Source: Callorhinchus milii (taxonomy: Eukaryota). From it: a DNA stretch of 64,000 bases. Shown piece after piece: positions 53,124 through 64,000 of the stretch. Every line of letters begins with the position of its first letter. The first letter of the stretch is position 1. Made by a program: the position numbers and the translations under genes. The stretch lies in NCBI RefSeq assembly GCF_018977255.1, contig NW_024704742.1:86740001-86804000 (forward strand), given 5' to 3'. The notes beneath the pieces were generated by a model. It saw only the letters and a program-made list of their open reading frames with translations. It was not told the DNA's origin and did no database searches.

Positions 53124-54265
53124 CTGGTGGAGGACACAGCAACATCAAATCATCGTCCAGCTACAATGCTTAGAAATGTGCAGTTGCAGCAAATAAAATT
53201 GTCACAGTTGCACCTGCACCGAAATGATGGGAATTACTAGTGTGGAAAGATCCTTCTGATTTTGGAGTAGTCTGCTTTATTTCATCACTTTTTAAATCAT
53301 ACTTTTTTAAAATTAAAAATAGGATGAAGGAAAGGGTCATTGGTCAGTGCATCTATTATTGGACTAAATGGATCAGATTCTCTGGGTTTTGACTTCCAAA
53401 TTACAGCCAAAGAAGGCCGGCTTCTGCTGCCTGGTGTCCCACATCTTATCGATTACAAATCTCAGAAATTGATGAGTGATGTTAAAACAGACTCTTCAAG
53501 TTGGTCACTAAAGTGTTAGAATAGATAGATTTTAGTTTTGAGGTAGAGAACTAGACAGACATTGGAAGCAGTCAGCAAAACAAGCGTATTTAATTAGAAA
53601 GGTGCCACCGTGATTGACATTCTACATGGCTACGCAAACACGTTTGATTGCATTGTTCAATGCCGTTCTTAATATCCCAGCTCATAAAACAAGTCCTCTG
53701 GCATTGCACAACTTGTAAAGCATCAATTCCTTAGTTTCCTGCTCCTCACATTTACATGCACTATTCCTGGCTGAATAGGGAGTCGGGTAACCTACACCTA
53801 GGCCTCTGCTTTTCTGTGACAGGCCACTAAAAGGTACTGAAGACACAGCCAGGGATCATTACAAGAAATCATGATGAGGAAGTCACTAACAAAGTACCCA
53901 TTCATCTTGCAATAAAATCGATAACTACATACAATGAACATTCTTTAATCAATCCATGGTTTCTGCATTAAAACATACTCCACTTTCATCACTGTTACTT
54001 GACTGGAGATTATTTGAATATCCTCCATCAACACTAAATCCTCAATTTGATTTGGACTTGCTTTTTTGGGGGGGGTCAGCCGGGTGTCTGATACATGTGG
54101 AAACCCATCACCATGCTTAAGAACATCTCTTCCCATACATTCCGCCTACACATGGGAATTCCTGTGTGTTGTATTTGAACTTGTTTACATTACTAGGTCT
54201 TTAGAATTGTATAACAACTCTGAAGTGGGAGCTTTGCAGATGTAAATGCAGCAGTGGTTCATTAC

Positions 54266-54416
54266 CTTGAGAAGCTGATCTCCCTCTTCCAACCCTTCAA
54301 GCTCGGCTGGGCTTCCTTCCTGCACTCCTGCTACAAAGATTCCTACATCGTTGCCACCAGCCAATCGAAGGCCAACGCTGTCACCTTTCTTGAACTGCAC
54401 CATTTTTGTTTCAGGG
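54266..54416 (-). CDS. TJP2: TJP2 exon, PDZ3 N-half ([30 protein letters not shown]...GDQLLK)
   Basis: cctag|C acceptor, AAG|gtaatg donor, 151 nt. Confidence 0.96.
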
Positions 54417-54429
54417 CTAGGGAGACAGA

Positions 54430-54850
54430 TGATAATAATAAATAATAGTTCTTCCATTTGATATAGCGCTTTACCACATTGTCGAAACACCTCAAGGCAT
54501 TTTACAGGATTTTACTGTGAAGTGCAGTGATTGCAGTTTGGAGGCAAATGCGGCAGCCAACAGCCAAACAGCTCACAAAGAGCCAGGAAGTGAATGGCCA
54601 GTTTTATTTGGGAGATACCAGGAGAATCTCTCTTCTCTTTTTAAATAAAACTCTAGGATCTTTAATGTCCACCTGAACAGGCAGATATCATCTTGGTTTA
54701 ACGACTCATTTGAAGACGGCACCTCTGACAATGTAGCATTCCCACACACTGCGCTGGAGTGTCAATCTAGACTATGAGTTCCAAGTGCTAAAATAGGGCT
54801 TGAACCCACAACCTCCCGATGTGGAGGTGGGAGTGCTGAGCCAGGCTGAT
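54430..54850 (-). mobile_element. Near full-length Deu-type SINE ending just upstream of the PDZ3 exon acceptor
   Basis: Head (ggctcagc...gggttcaagccc), ggacattaaagatcc domain, agcgctatatcaaatg tail. Confidence 0.7.
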
Positions 54851-55624
54851 CAAGCACACTGGTCACAGATGAATTGAACAACCAAAGAGGCAAACAATCC
54901 AAAGTGTGCTGAGGCACATGTAGACGGCTTGGAATTCACAGGCCAACGCTTATATATTATACTGCTGGCAAAAGTGAGCAAAATTGTGGTCAGAATGTAA
55001 CAGATACTGACAAAATAAAGAAATGTATCCCTCAGTAGCACATCCCTTTTCCCATAAGACAGGCAAAAATGACCAATCCCCTAACACAAACAAACTATTG
55101 TATTGTTGAAGCGACACATTAGAAAAAACAATATGAAAAGCCTCAGCAAATGGACTCTTGTTCGCACAACTTTGCTATTTTGTTTCAATCACAGAAATCG
55201 TATACATTTTAAAAAAATAAATAAATCAGAATAGTGTATTGCAGTTTCTGTTTGCAAAACAACACCAGTTGGAATGCTATTCATTCCAACCATTTGCAGC
55301 TAGAATTAAACTTTTGAAATTTTTTGGAGCCCTTAAATGTGTGACATTTACTTTAAGCCTTTGAATGTTATTTCAAATCTAAATTTATCAAATCTAATTA
55401 GAGCAAAAGATTGTTGCATGAAATCTAACTAAAATAACTATCCAAAATAACCTCTCAGCGTGAATAGAAATAAATAGCATTTAAATAAACTGCTCTGAGT
55501 TTTGATCTTCCTTGCCACCACCTGCTTTAAAAAGCTTTACAGTGTATTTCTTCACCAGTTCCTGTAGTTAGTCAGTATGAAACATAGGCAGAAAAGCCTT
55601 TCCATGAAATGTCATGAAAGTCCG

Positions 55625-55908
55625 TGGGGCGCTTTGCCTTGTAAGTGAGAGGATCTGGGTTTGATTCCCAAGTGGGGTGAAACCTTAGGCAAGTTTCCTT
55701 ACTCCACATCCTTTTGTTTAGCAACAGTAAAAATAGGAACCAGGGAGTAATAATCCCTAAAGAAAACACTGCTGTGCACAATTGGCTGTCGCGTTTCGCC
55801 CACAAAATACACAGTCAATTCACTTTACAGTATATTCTGTGAAGCACTTTGAGTCAACTGAACGATGTGATAAGGTTCTATATCAAATGCAAAGATTATT
55901 ATTATTAT
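55625..55908 (+). mobile_element. tRNA-SINE, partially deleted
   Basis: ggtttgattccc...gcaagtttccttactccac...(att)n. Confidence 0.8.
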
Positions 55909-56180
55909 TGCAGGGCAGTAAAGTACTGAATTGCCATCAAGTAAGGAACAGCTAGCGACCCAGTGATGAGTCGAGCAGAGATACCCGCCTTACCATGTCA
56001 GCAAGGTTAGATCTGCCCTGGCTATCCTGAAGGGATAGTCAATATAGCTTTTAACAAACCCAAGCAACCAACCGTGGAACTACTTCCGCAGTGCCCCAGC
56101 ACATCCCTGGGGCTACATTACAGTTCTGGAAATCATCGCTATTACAGTTCGCTGAAAACAGCTTTTCTGGGCAAACTCAC

Positions 56181-56250
56181 CCGAAAATTTGTTCATCCTC
56201 TGGACTTGGTCGAAGAAACTGTCTGGGTTTTGCCACGGGCACAGTCTCCA
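56181..56250 (-). CDS. TJP2: TJP2 exon (VETVPVAKPRQFLRPSPEDEQIFG)
   Basis: tttag|TG acceptor, GG|gtgagt donor, 70 nt; FLRPSPEDE motif of ZO-2. Confidence 0.93.
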
Positions 56251-57041
56251 CTAAAATGTGAGGAAGGCAGAAAGCAATGCATTTAAAACATCAAAGCATT
56301 AAACTAGAAGCTCTTCAGGTATCATTAAAAAACAAATGAGCATTTCCGTGCAATGTGTCACATTGTTTCAAAATATCAGGGAAAGATCACCAAAGTCTTG
56401 TTACAATATACACAAATTTCCTTTACACCCTGCACATTATTTGAACAATTACATTGAAACACTTTCAGCAGTTCAGGGCTACATTTGCAGAAGACGAGTT
56501 AAAGACTGATATTGCAGGCAGACTGGTCAGCTTTGTAGAAACAAGCAGCTGTGAAGAGCGTATGTTAATCAGTCACCGCTGAGCTGTGCAAAAATTCACA
56601 ATTTTAATTCACCAATGACCCCAAAAAAAACCACAGATATAACTCCAGACTGCGGAAGCTCCAATGAGCCATTGCAAGTGCCTCAGTCAAAGCAAGTTCA
56701 TAACTACGGACTATTATTTCATGAACATGACATACTGATATCAGGATAAACGGGAAAACAAAAATGCATGTTAACAAGACCCAGGCAACCCAACAGTCTT
56801 CTAGGCCCACCACCCAATGATGTTCAGCTAGACCATTACCTTTAGGGCTGCAATAATCAAAACTCTATGGAGTGATTTTATGCATACAAACTGGTTAGGT
56901 TCACAATCTTACTATAGCAGTAAACCTTTTGCCATTGATATATTCTTACCTTTCCCTGGGTCCTATGGTGATAAATTCACATTTACAAGCAACACTCCCT
57001 CCCCCTCCTTAACTGGCTATTGTGAATCGAAATGCTCTAAC

Positions 57042-57169
57042 CTCTGTAATCTTCTACGTGTGGATCTTCCTTATCATACTCAACAGCTGCTGGCAGGTTC
57101 TTTGTGGTTGCAAAAGGAGTAGGCATCGCTCCCATTTTTGCCAGTCGATTACTAGGTTCTTCTTTAGCA
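57042..57169 (-). CDS. TJP2: TJP2 exon (SAKEEPSNRLAKMGAMPTPFATTK...EDYR)
   Basis: ttcag|T acceptor, G|gttaga donor, 128 nt; resembles ZO-2 'RLSRMGATPTPF'. Confidence 0.9.
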
Positions 57170-57485
57170 CTGAATTAAAAAAACCACACACAACCCATTT
57201 TCATTTACCAAGATTACCTTGGGTGAGAGCTGCAGCCATAAAAAAGTCAGCCTTTCAGCCTTAATCCCCATTCCCGGTCAAGCCCAGATGCGCCCAAAAA
57301 CGACCTCTTCCCATATACAGCACCTTCAGGTTGTTAAGTAGGTAACCACCATAGGCGATGTTACGTAAAGGTTACTGCACTACTTATTTCGGGAGTCCAG
57401 TTTTGAATGAAAGTTTGTGAAACAACGCCACCACCCACCAATAATGTCTGGTTGTGAAAATAAGATGCTTCGGTGTTTTTCAGTT

Positions 57486-57650
57486 TTTCTCTTCAACCGT
57501 GCCTTCAGCTCCCCTTTCGACTCTCTACCCCTCCTCGCTCCCTCCCCTCACCCTGACCATTTCCCCCCTGCTCGGGTCCCGACCCAACTGTCCAGCGCCT
57601 TGGGACATCCTCCCGACGTGAAAGGCGCTCTATAAATGCTGCTGTTGTTT
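57486..57650 (+). mobile_element. L2 3' end
   Basis: ccagcgccttgggacatcctcccgacgtgaaaggcgct tail. Confidence 0.8.
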
Positions 57651-58644
57651 TGGAAACAGTTAACAACTTATTAAAAACTCCGTCATCGCTATATAAAAGA
57701 TTGGAACTCAAATAATAACACCCAAAAGCATTGGATGCTGGCTATGCTAAATCAGTCAAATTCAGATCCCCAGATGTCATACTCAGGCTGTGGTGTTCTG
57801 TTCAGGCCACACCTAGAGCACTGCATACTGTTCTGGTCACCGTGACATAAGGAGGCCGCCCGTGTCCAAGAAGCAGTGCCAAGGGGAGCAACAGGGAGGA
57901 TCTCCAGTGTTAGAGGAATGCGATTAGGTCAACTAGGGCGTTTCAATCTTGAAAGAAGATGTCTTAGATGGGATCTTACAGAGGTGTATAAACTTTTTGG
58001 GTCTGTATTCTGGAGAGAATAATTCTATTTTGCTCTGTGCCAAATGCACCTTAGACCTGGAGCAAGATATTTTCAAGTAAGAACATCTCACTTCAGGTAG
58101 AATTATTTTACACTGATGCTATTTTCAATTTCTAAAGGGAACACTTAAAGCAAAACAGTTCTCTGAATTTCATTTCCTCCATTTACAGTGAGGAAAGGAA
58201 AACCAACAAATCCCCAAACAGTCAAAGGAATATCAAATATGTACAGAAAACAAGCTCACTTAAATATTTTTTCCCAGTTGATTACTAGGTTCTTCTTTAG
58301 CACTGAATTAAAAAAAACAACAGCTATAAAAGTCAGCCTTTAAGTTAATCCCCATTCCAGGTCAAGTCCAGACGTGCCCAAAAACAACCTCCCATATACA
58401 GCACCTCCAGATTGTTAAGTAGGTAACCACCATAGGTGGGGTTACACAAAGGTTACTGCACTACTGACTTCAGGAGTTCAGCTTTGAATGGAAGTTTGTG
58501 AAACAGACACCACCACTCACCAATAATGTCTGGTTTTGCTCACTTAAATCATACCACTTGTCACATTCCTTAAACTTAGAGCTGTCCATGATGGCATTGT
58601 CTTGTGGGGCACAGGATGAAGGAAGTCAATTGATTTCTTCAGTC

Positions 58645-58760
58645 CTCTTCGACCATGCTTACGGCCACCTCCCCCCTCCCCCGGAGTCAGGCTCTGCCAG
58701 TTAAGTGCTCTGAGATGCTTCCCTGCGTGAAGGGAGCTATATAAGTGCAAGTTGTTGTTG
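58645..58760 (+). mobile_element. L2 3' end
   Basis: cctcttcgaccatgcttacggccacc...gcaagttgttgttg. Confidence 0.78.
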
Positions 58761-58899
58761 ATTTCCTTTGCACCCTTGCTCAACAAAAATGAAAAAAACT
58801 CTAACTGGTTGACTACGCCACATGGACTTTGTGGATCTTTGAAGGAAAATCTCTCGATAAGATTTTCAAAAAAGAGATGGGAGAGAAAAAAAAATGTAC

Positions 58900-59014
58900 C
58901 TTTTGCGGTCAAGCATCCGTCCAGTTGAAGAATGAGAAGAGATATCTGAATGTGGTGATCTCCTCTCGTCCGGAAGAGGAGAATAGGAGCGGTTCGACTC
59001 GATTTCAGAAATAT
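58900..59014 (-). CDS. TJP2: TJP2 exon (DISEIESNRSYSPLPDERRSPHSDISSHSSTGRMLDRK)
   Basis: tttag|AT acceptor, AG|gtacat donor, 115 nt; DISEIESNRS matches ZO-2; not called by the ORF track. Confidence 0.92.
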
Positions 59015-59209
59015 CTAAACAAAATGCGTTAACATTTTATTCAATAATGTTTTAGATTGGAAAGAAATGTTTTGTGAAATACCAGTAACGTGCTCAAATA
59101 ACCCTACACAAAGAAGTTTGGAAGTTAGAACAATAACCTTCCATGCTCTTGATGCCCCACTACACTTATTGAAACCTACCTCTTCAAACAAGCTATATTT
59201 ATATTAAAA

Positions 59210-59820
59210 AAAACTAATGGGATTTTGGCCTTTATCTCAATGGCTGGAAGAAAAAGGAGAAGAAATGATGCTTCAACTATATGGAGCCTTTTTCAGACCC
59301 CTTCTGGAGTACTGCGTTCAGTTTTAGGCACATCGCCTCAGGAAGGTTATATTAGCTCTGGAGGGGGTGTAGAGCAGATTCACCAGATTTATACCAGGGT
59401 TTAAAGGGTAATAAAAAAAACTGCATAAATTTGGTCTCTATTCTGTTGAATTTAGAAGGTTGAGGGATGATATGATTGAGGGTTTTAAAACAATAAAGGG
59501 ATTCGATAGGGTAGATACAGAGAAACTATTTCCTCAGCTGGGGAATCCAGAATAAGGGGGCATTATCTTAAAATTTTACCTAGGCCATTTAGGAGTGAAA
59601 TTGGGAGGCAGTTGTAGTGGACATCGGGAACTCTCTTCTCCAAAAGTCTGAGGATGCTGGACCCATTCACATCTTCAAGACTGAGGTGGATAGATATTTG
59701 TTAGGTCAGGGTATTAAGGGATGCAGAGCAGGTAATTGGAATTGAGGTACAGATCAGCCATGATCTTATAGAATGAAGGAACAGGTTCGAGGGGCTGAAT
59801 GGCCTACTCCTGTTTCTATG
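59210..59820 (+). mobile_element. CR1 3' fragment
   Basis: ctggagtactgcgttcagtttt...ggggctgaatggcctactcctgtttctatg. Confidence 0.85.
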
Positions 59821-60409
59821 GTCACCTCCCACTCTGCTTGCTTGGCATCCAACCTCGCCATTATGAAATGCTCCCAGGACACTATCCTATGTGAAGGGTG
59901 CTATATAAGTTGTTGTACAATGTCATTATCATGCTTTATTTGTAAAAGCAAATCATTTAAATAAGGCTACTATACTTAAAAAGGATCACAATTGGTTAGG
60001 AACACTTCTCCTTCGGGGTGATGGGAGGGGGAGTGAAGTGAAACAGAAGGAATCATCATCTTAGGCACAAAGAGAGGAAAGTGGTGTGGGGTTGCAGGAG
60101 GCTATTTATTTACCCTGAACATCACAAGTCAGGTAATTTACATGTCAATGCCCAAATCTGATTAAAGTTCAACAAAACATAGTCTGTGAAAACAATCAGG
60201 ACACTGTTTCCCGCTTAGTCAATGAAGAATGCAACCTCCTCTTCAATCACAGCGAGTTACTGGTACAGAGCCATCACCAATTGGCAGCAGGCACTTCAAC
60301 TAAAGAAAGATGTTTTAAAAAGGGCAGCTACTGATCATGTGCTTTTGAGCGGCGAGGTTTGCTCACTGTGCATGGGGGCACAAGGGATACAATTGGCCTC
60401 AGTGCCCTA

Positions 60410-60940
60410 TGTTAAGGAGACACATATCAAAGCCTTGGAGAGGGTGCCGAGATTTACCAGAATGGTACCAGGGATGAGGGACTTTAGTTAATGTGGAGAG
60501 AATAGAGAAGCTGGGATTGATCTCCATAGAGCAGAGAAGATTAAGGGGAGATTTAATAGAGGTGTTCAAAATGATGAGGAGTTTTGATAGAGTAGGAAGG
60601 GAGAAACTGTTTCCACTGGCTGGTGGGTCAGTAACTAGGGCACATCGATTTAAGATAATTGGCAAAAGAACCAGAGGGGAGGTGAGAAGACATTTTTTAA
60701 AAATATATATTTATTTAACACTAAGTTGTTATAGTCTGGAATGCACTGCCTCAAAGGGTGGTGGAAACAGATTAAATAATTTTCAAAGAGGAATTACATA
60801 GGTACTTGAAAAAGAAAAAATTGCAAGGGTATGGGGAAGCAGCTGGGGATAGGGACTGATTGGGTAGCTCTTCCAAAGAGCCGGCACAGGCACGATGGGC
60901 CAAATGGCCTCCTTCTGTGCTGTAATATTCTATGATTCTA
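60410..60940 (+). mobile_element. CR1 3' fragment
   Basis: LGLISIEQRRLRGDLIEVFKMM; tail tggcctccttctgtgctgta(attctatg)n. Confidence 0.88.
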
Positions 60941-61519
60941 CGATATATATATATCCATATAAATAATATACACAGACACAAACATATAAAAACACAGAAT
61001 TCCTGCTTCTGATCACAAATGCCTGCCAGAGTTGCACAGTGAGAAAGCCTCAACTAGATCCACTGTCAAAGCTCAAGTGTGGGTGAGGTACTGGAGGAAA
61101 ACTGGCACCTATGGAACTAGACCCTAAAAGAAGGAAAATTAGTCAAATACCTTCAAGAGATACAGCATTAGACTATAATGGAAGACTGGAGGTTGCTGAT
61201 ATCTGCTAGGACAGCAGAAGGGGCAGAATTGGTATTGACATCCCAGAGTTAGGGAAAAACAGCTTCCAACTGCTATCCAACAATCATTGCGGAAAGGTGC
61301 AGTGTGAGGCTGTCAGCTGAGGGGAGAAACTGTATTGCACTCCGAGGTCAAAATATCAGCTCAAACAAACATTGGTCTCTTTGGCGAGGTACTAAAAGGT
61401 GACTTGTACCCATCAAACCATCCCTTAACAGAAGAAAAGTCAACGCGCTTAAGGAAGGAGAAGAAAATTAGCAGCAAAAAGAATGGTTTGAGACCTCTAT
61501 CTACATTTGGATGTCTCAC

Positions 61520-61673
61520 CTTCAATTTCTGAGTCACTGTCATCCATGGCGGGGATGTTGATCAGTGTTTGTTTGTGGTCTCGTTGGACAACTAGCTGAA
61601 GTTTTCCTCGTGATTTTTCAATCAGTTTCCTGGCGTCTGCCAGAGACATGTTCTCCGTCACGGTTCCATTGAT
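61520..61673 (-). CDS. TJP2: TJP2 exon, PDZ2 C-half ([32 protein letters not shown]...SDSEIE)
   Basis: caag|ATC acceptor, G|gtgaga donor, 154 nt. Confidence 0.95.
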
Positions 61674-62097
61674 CTTGTCAGAACAAAAAAAAATAGCCAA
61701 GTCAGCCAAACCATAGAAAACGTATTGCTATGGCCAATTCTCACAAGTCTCAATTTTCATGATACAAGTCGCACAAATGTCTAACATTCATTGGACTCCC
61801 AAATGTACAGGATGACTTTTGAATCCCTGAGGAGACACTAAAATTCTATATAAAATTGACTAATGATGCAAACTCAGTGGTAGATTTATGAAACAAAAGA
61901 ATGGTACACCTGCAGATGAAAGCTCAATTGGAGAGTCTTGGCTTCATATATGCCATAATCAAGAACAGTGTGTGTGCATTTGTGTGTGTGTGTGTGTGGA
62001 GGGGGGGGGGGGGGGGGGGGGGCGGAGCGCGGGGTGGGCAGCCTTCTGCACATCAAAACCAATGAATGTTTAATGCACCACTAAATCGACCTCAACG

Positions 62098-62375
62098 CCT
62101 TGAGTCTCTTTGACCGAGCCTTCAGCTCCCCTCTCGACTCTCTTCCCCCTAATCGCTCCCTCCCTTCCCTCCCCTCACCCTGACCATTTCCCCCTCCTCG
62201 CTCCCTCCCTTCCCTCCCCTCACCCTGACCATTTCCCCCCTCCTCGCTCCCTCCCTTCCCTCCCCTCACCCTGACCATTTCCCCCCCTGCTCGGGTCCTG
62301 ACCCAACTGTGCAGCACCTTGGGACGTCCTCCTGACGTGAAAGGCGCTTTATAAATGGAATCTTGTTGTTGTTGT
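62098..62375 (+). mobile_element. L2 3' end with an internal ~45-bp triplication
   Basis: Same subfamily as 57486-57650; (ttg)n tail. Confidence 0.85.
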
Positions 62376-63294
62376 TATATTACTCAGTACTGTTGGATGG
62401 GTTCTGAAGATCAATATGTTCTGTATTACCTTCTCACTGTGTCCCACTACTCTGCAATTATTGACCCTTCCTGCCTCAGAATTCAATGGAGCATTCAGTA
62501 AACATGATACTTTTAATAAGACTCAAAAGAACAACCATTTCCAAGGAATTTACAATTATTAATGAAAATTAATCTCTCACCAGTAACAGGATGGTATTTT
62601 GACTGCGTATTTTTAAAAAAAGTTAAAAATTCAAGGAGTAAACCTGCCTGATCTATGCCATTTATCTGAGAAAGTAAACTTCTTAGTCCTTCTCGTGTGC
62701 AATTGAGCTGCATCCCTGGTCTGTGTTAGGTTATCTGATTTCTAGTCAATGCAGCAGCAAGTTGGGCCGGGAGTGTTACAACTGACCTAAATGGCTAAAG
62801 GAAGAATTCAGCCAAAGCTCTCTATTAATTGCTGACTATCTAGTGACCCCTATTGGAAAGATCAAATGTAACTGACAAAGAAGGTCAGAGTCATGCTTGG
62901 AAGGGTGGGGGAGGAAGGGTAGTGCTCCCCCTCCCAGTAGTCTCTGTCCTGGCTCACACGTGTAGCAGAGCCACTTAGATGATGTACTGGAGAACAGAAG
63001 GAGGACAGCACTTATGGAATTGAAGTCCAACACGAGTCAGCACTTACTAGAGAGGAGGGAGATAGAAGCAGGAGAGCTGACCTATTCCCAGAATGTCACC
63101 AACGCTGCTATCAAATGGTCACTGGGAAAGCCTCCCTCTCTCCTCCTCTCCTTCCACACAAGCAGAGAAGCTGAGAATCAGCTCAGCAATCCGGGCTGCC
63201 CTCTAATAACACCATCATCAGCTGTATCTAGTTCAGGCTCTTCAGACCTCTCTTTTAAGAACACCATTGCTGCATGCATTTTATTACTCTGTAT

Positions 63295-63690
63295 TGGCTT
63301 GATACCAGGGAATGAGGGATTTCAGTTATGTGGAGAGACTAGAGAAGCTGGGATTGTTCTCCTTAAGGCAGAGAAGGTTAAGTGGAGAGTTAATAGAGGC
63401 GTTCAAAGCACTGAGCGGTTTTGATAGAGTAAATAAGAAGAAACTGTTTCCATTGGCAGGTGGGTCAATTATCAGAGGACACAGACTTAAGATCATTGAC
63501 AGAGAGTTGTTAAGATCTGAAATGTACTGCCTGAAAGGGTGGTGGAAGCAAATTAGATAATAACTTTAAAAAGGGAATTGGATATATATTTGGAAAGGGT
63601 GGGGAGTCAGACTAATTGGGTAGCTCTTTCAAAGAGCCAGCACAGGCACGATGGAACGAATGGCCTCCTTCTGTCCTGTAAGATTCTATG
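63295..63690 (+). mobile_element. CR1 3' fragment
   Basis: MRDFSYVERLEKLGLFSL; tail tggcctccttctgtcctgtaagattctatg. Confidence 0.87.
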
Positions 63691-63762
63691 AATTGTGGTC
63701 ACACTCTGCAAAGAGTAGGCTAATTGCATTGGTTCAACAAAAGCACAATTGGGAGAGCTCAC

Positions 63763-63866
63763 CTTGAGGACAATGTCACCCTCCTGTAAGTTTCCATCCT
63801 TCGCTGCCAGCCCGACATTTGTCATCTCCTTGATGAAGATCTGGCTGCCCAATCGCAGGCCATATT
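63763..63866 (-). CDS. TJP2: TJP2 exon, PDZ2 N-half ([35 protein letters not shown])
   Basis: acag|AATAT acceptor, AAG|gtgagc donor, 104 nt, phase 1 to 0. Confidence 0.95.
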
Positions 63867-64000
63867 CTGTTTGACAGAAAATATATATACAGTTTATATT
63901 TTTGTTTAAAAAAATGGATTGGAAGGCATTTGAAGTTTCTTTGACAAGGTGAAAACTGAAAGAGAAAAAAGGGTCAAGGGCAGAATGGGAACCCAAGCTG

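Larger units (their letters stand above)
31440..63866 (-). other. TJP2: TJP2 (ZO-2) gene span, 3' portion (18 coding exons; 5' exons lie beyond the right edge)
   Basis: Spliced exons give PDZ2-PDZ3-SH3-GUK and the ZO-2-type C-terminus ...SKRGYY...YRDTEL*. All junctions are GT-AG, phases chain correctly, 2684 nt in total. Confidence 0.97.

Overview
Vertebrate genomic DNA, most likely a cartilaginous fish (inferred from the L2/CR1/tRNA-SINE repeat content and the divergent ZO-2 protein; species not determinable here). The minus strand carries two genes in the same order as the mammalian TJP2-FAM189A2(ENTREP1) locus. First, the last 18 coding exons of TJP2/ZO-2 (63866 down to the stop at 31440; PDZ2, PDZ3, SH3, GUK, acidic/proline-rich tail ending YRDTEL*). 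All have GT-AG boundaries and consistent phases (2684 nt), followed by a 3'UTR with several AATAAA signals. Second, the first coding exon of ENTREP1/FAM189A2 (20095-19812), whose intron 1 runs off the left end of the window. The rest is intron/intergenic DNA dense in truncated L2 and CR1 LINEs, young tRNA-derived SINEs sharing the L2 3' stem-loop, older Deu-/Nin-type SINE relics and microsatellites. I found no convincing wholly new biological system. The best leads are: a one-base frame discontinuity inside ENTREP1 exon 1; a locally duplicated TJP2 splice acceptor that forms a candidate 43-nt poison exon; a perfect 24-bp-arm palindrome in a TJP2 intron; compensatory base changes in the SINE/L2 3' hairpin; and nested retro-insertions. 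Repeat boundaries are approximate, and family names and ortholog comparisons are from memory, not from searches.
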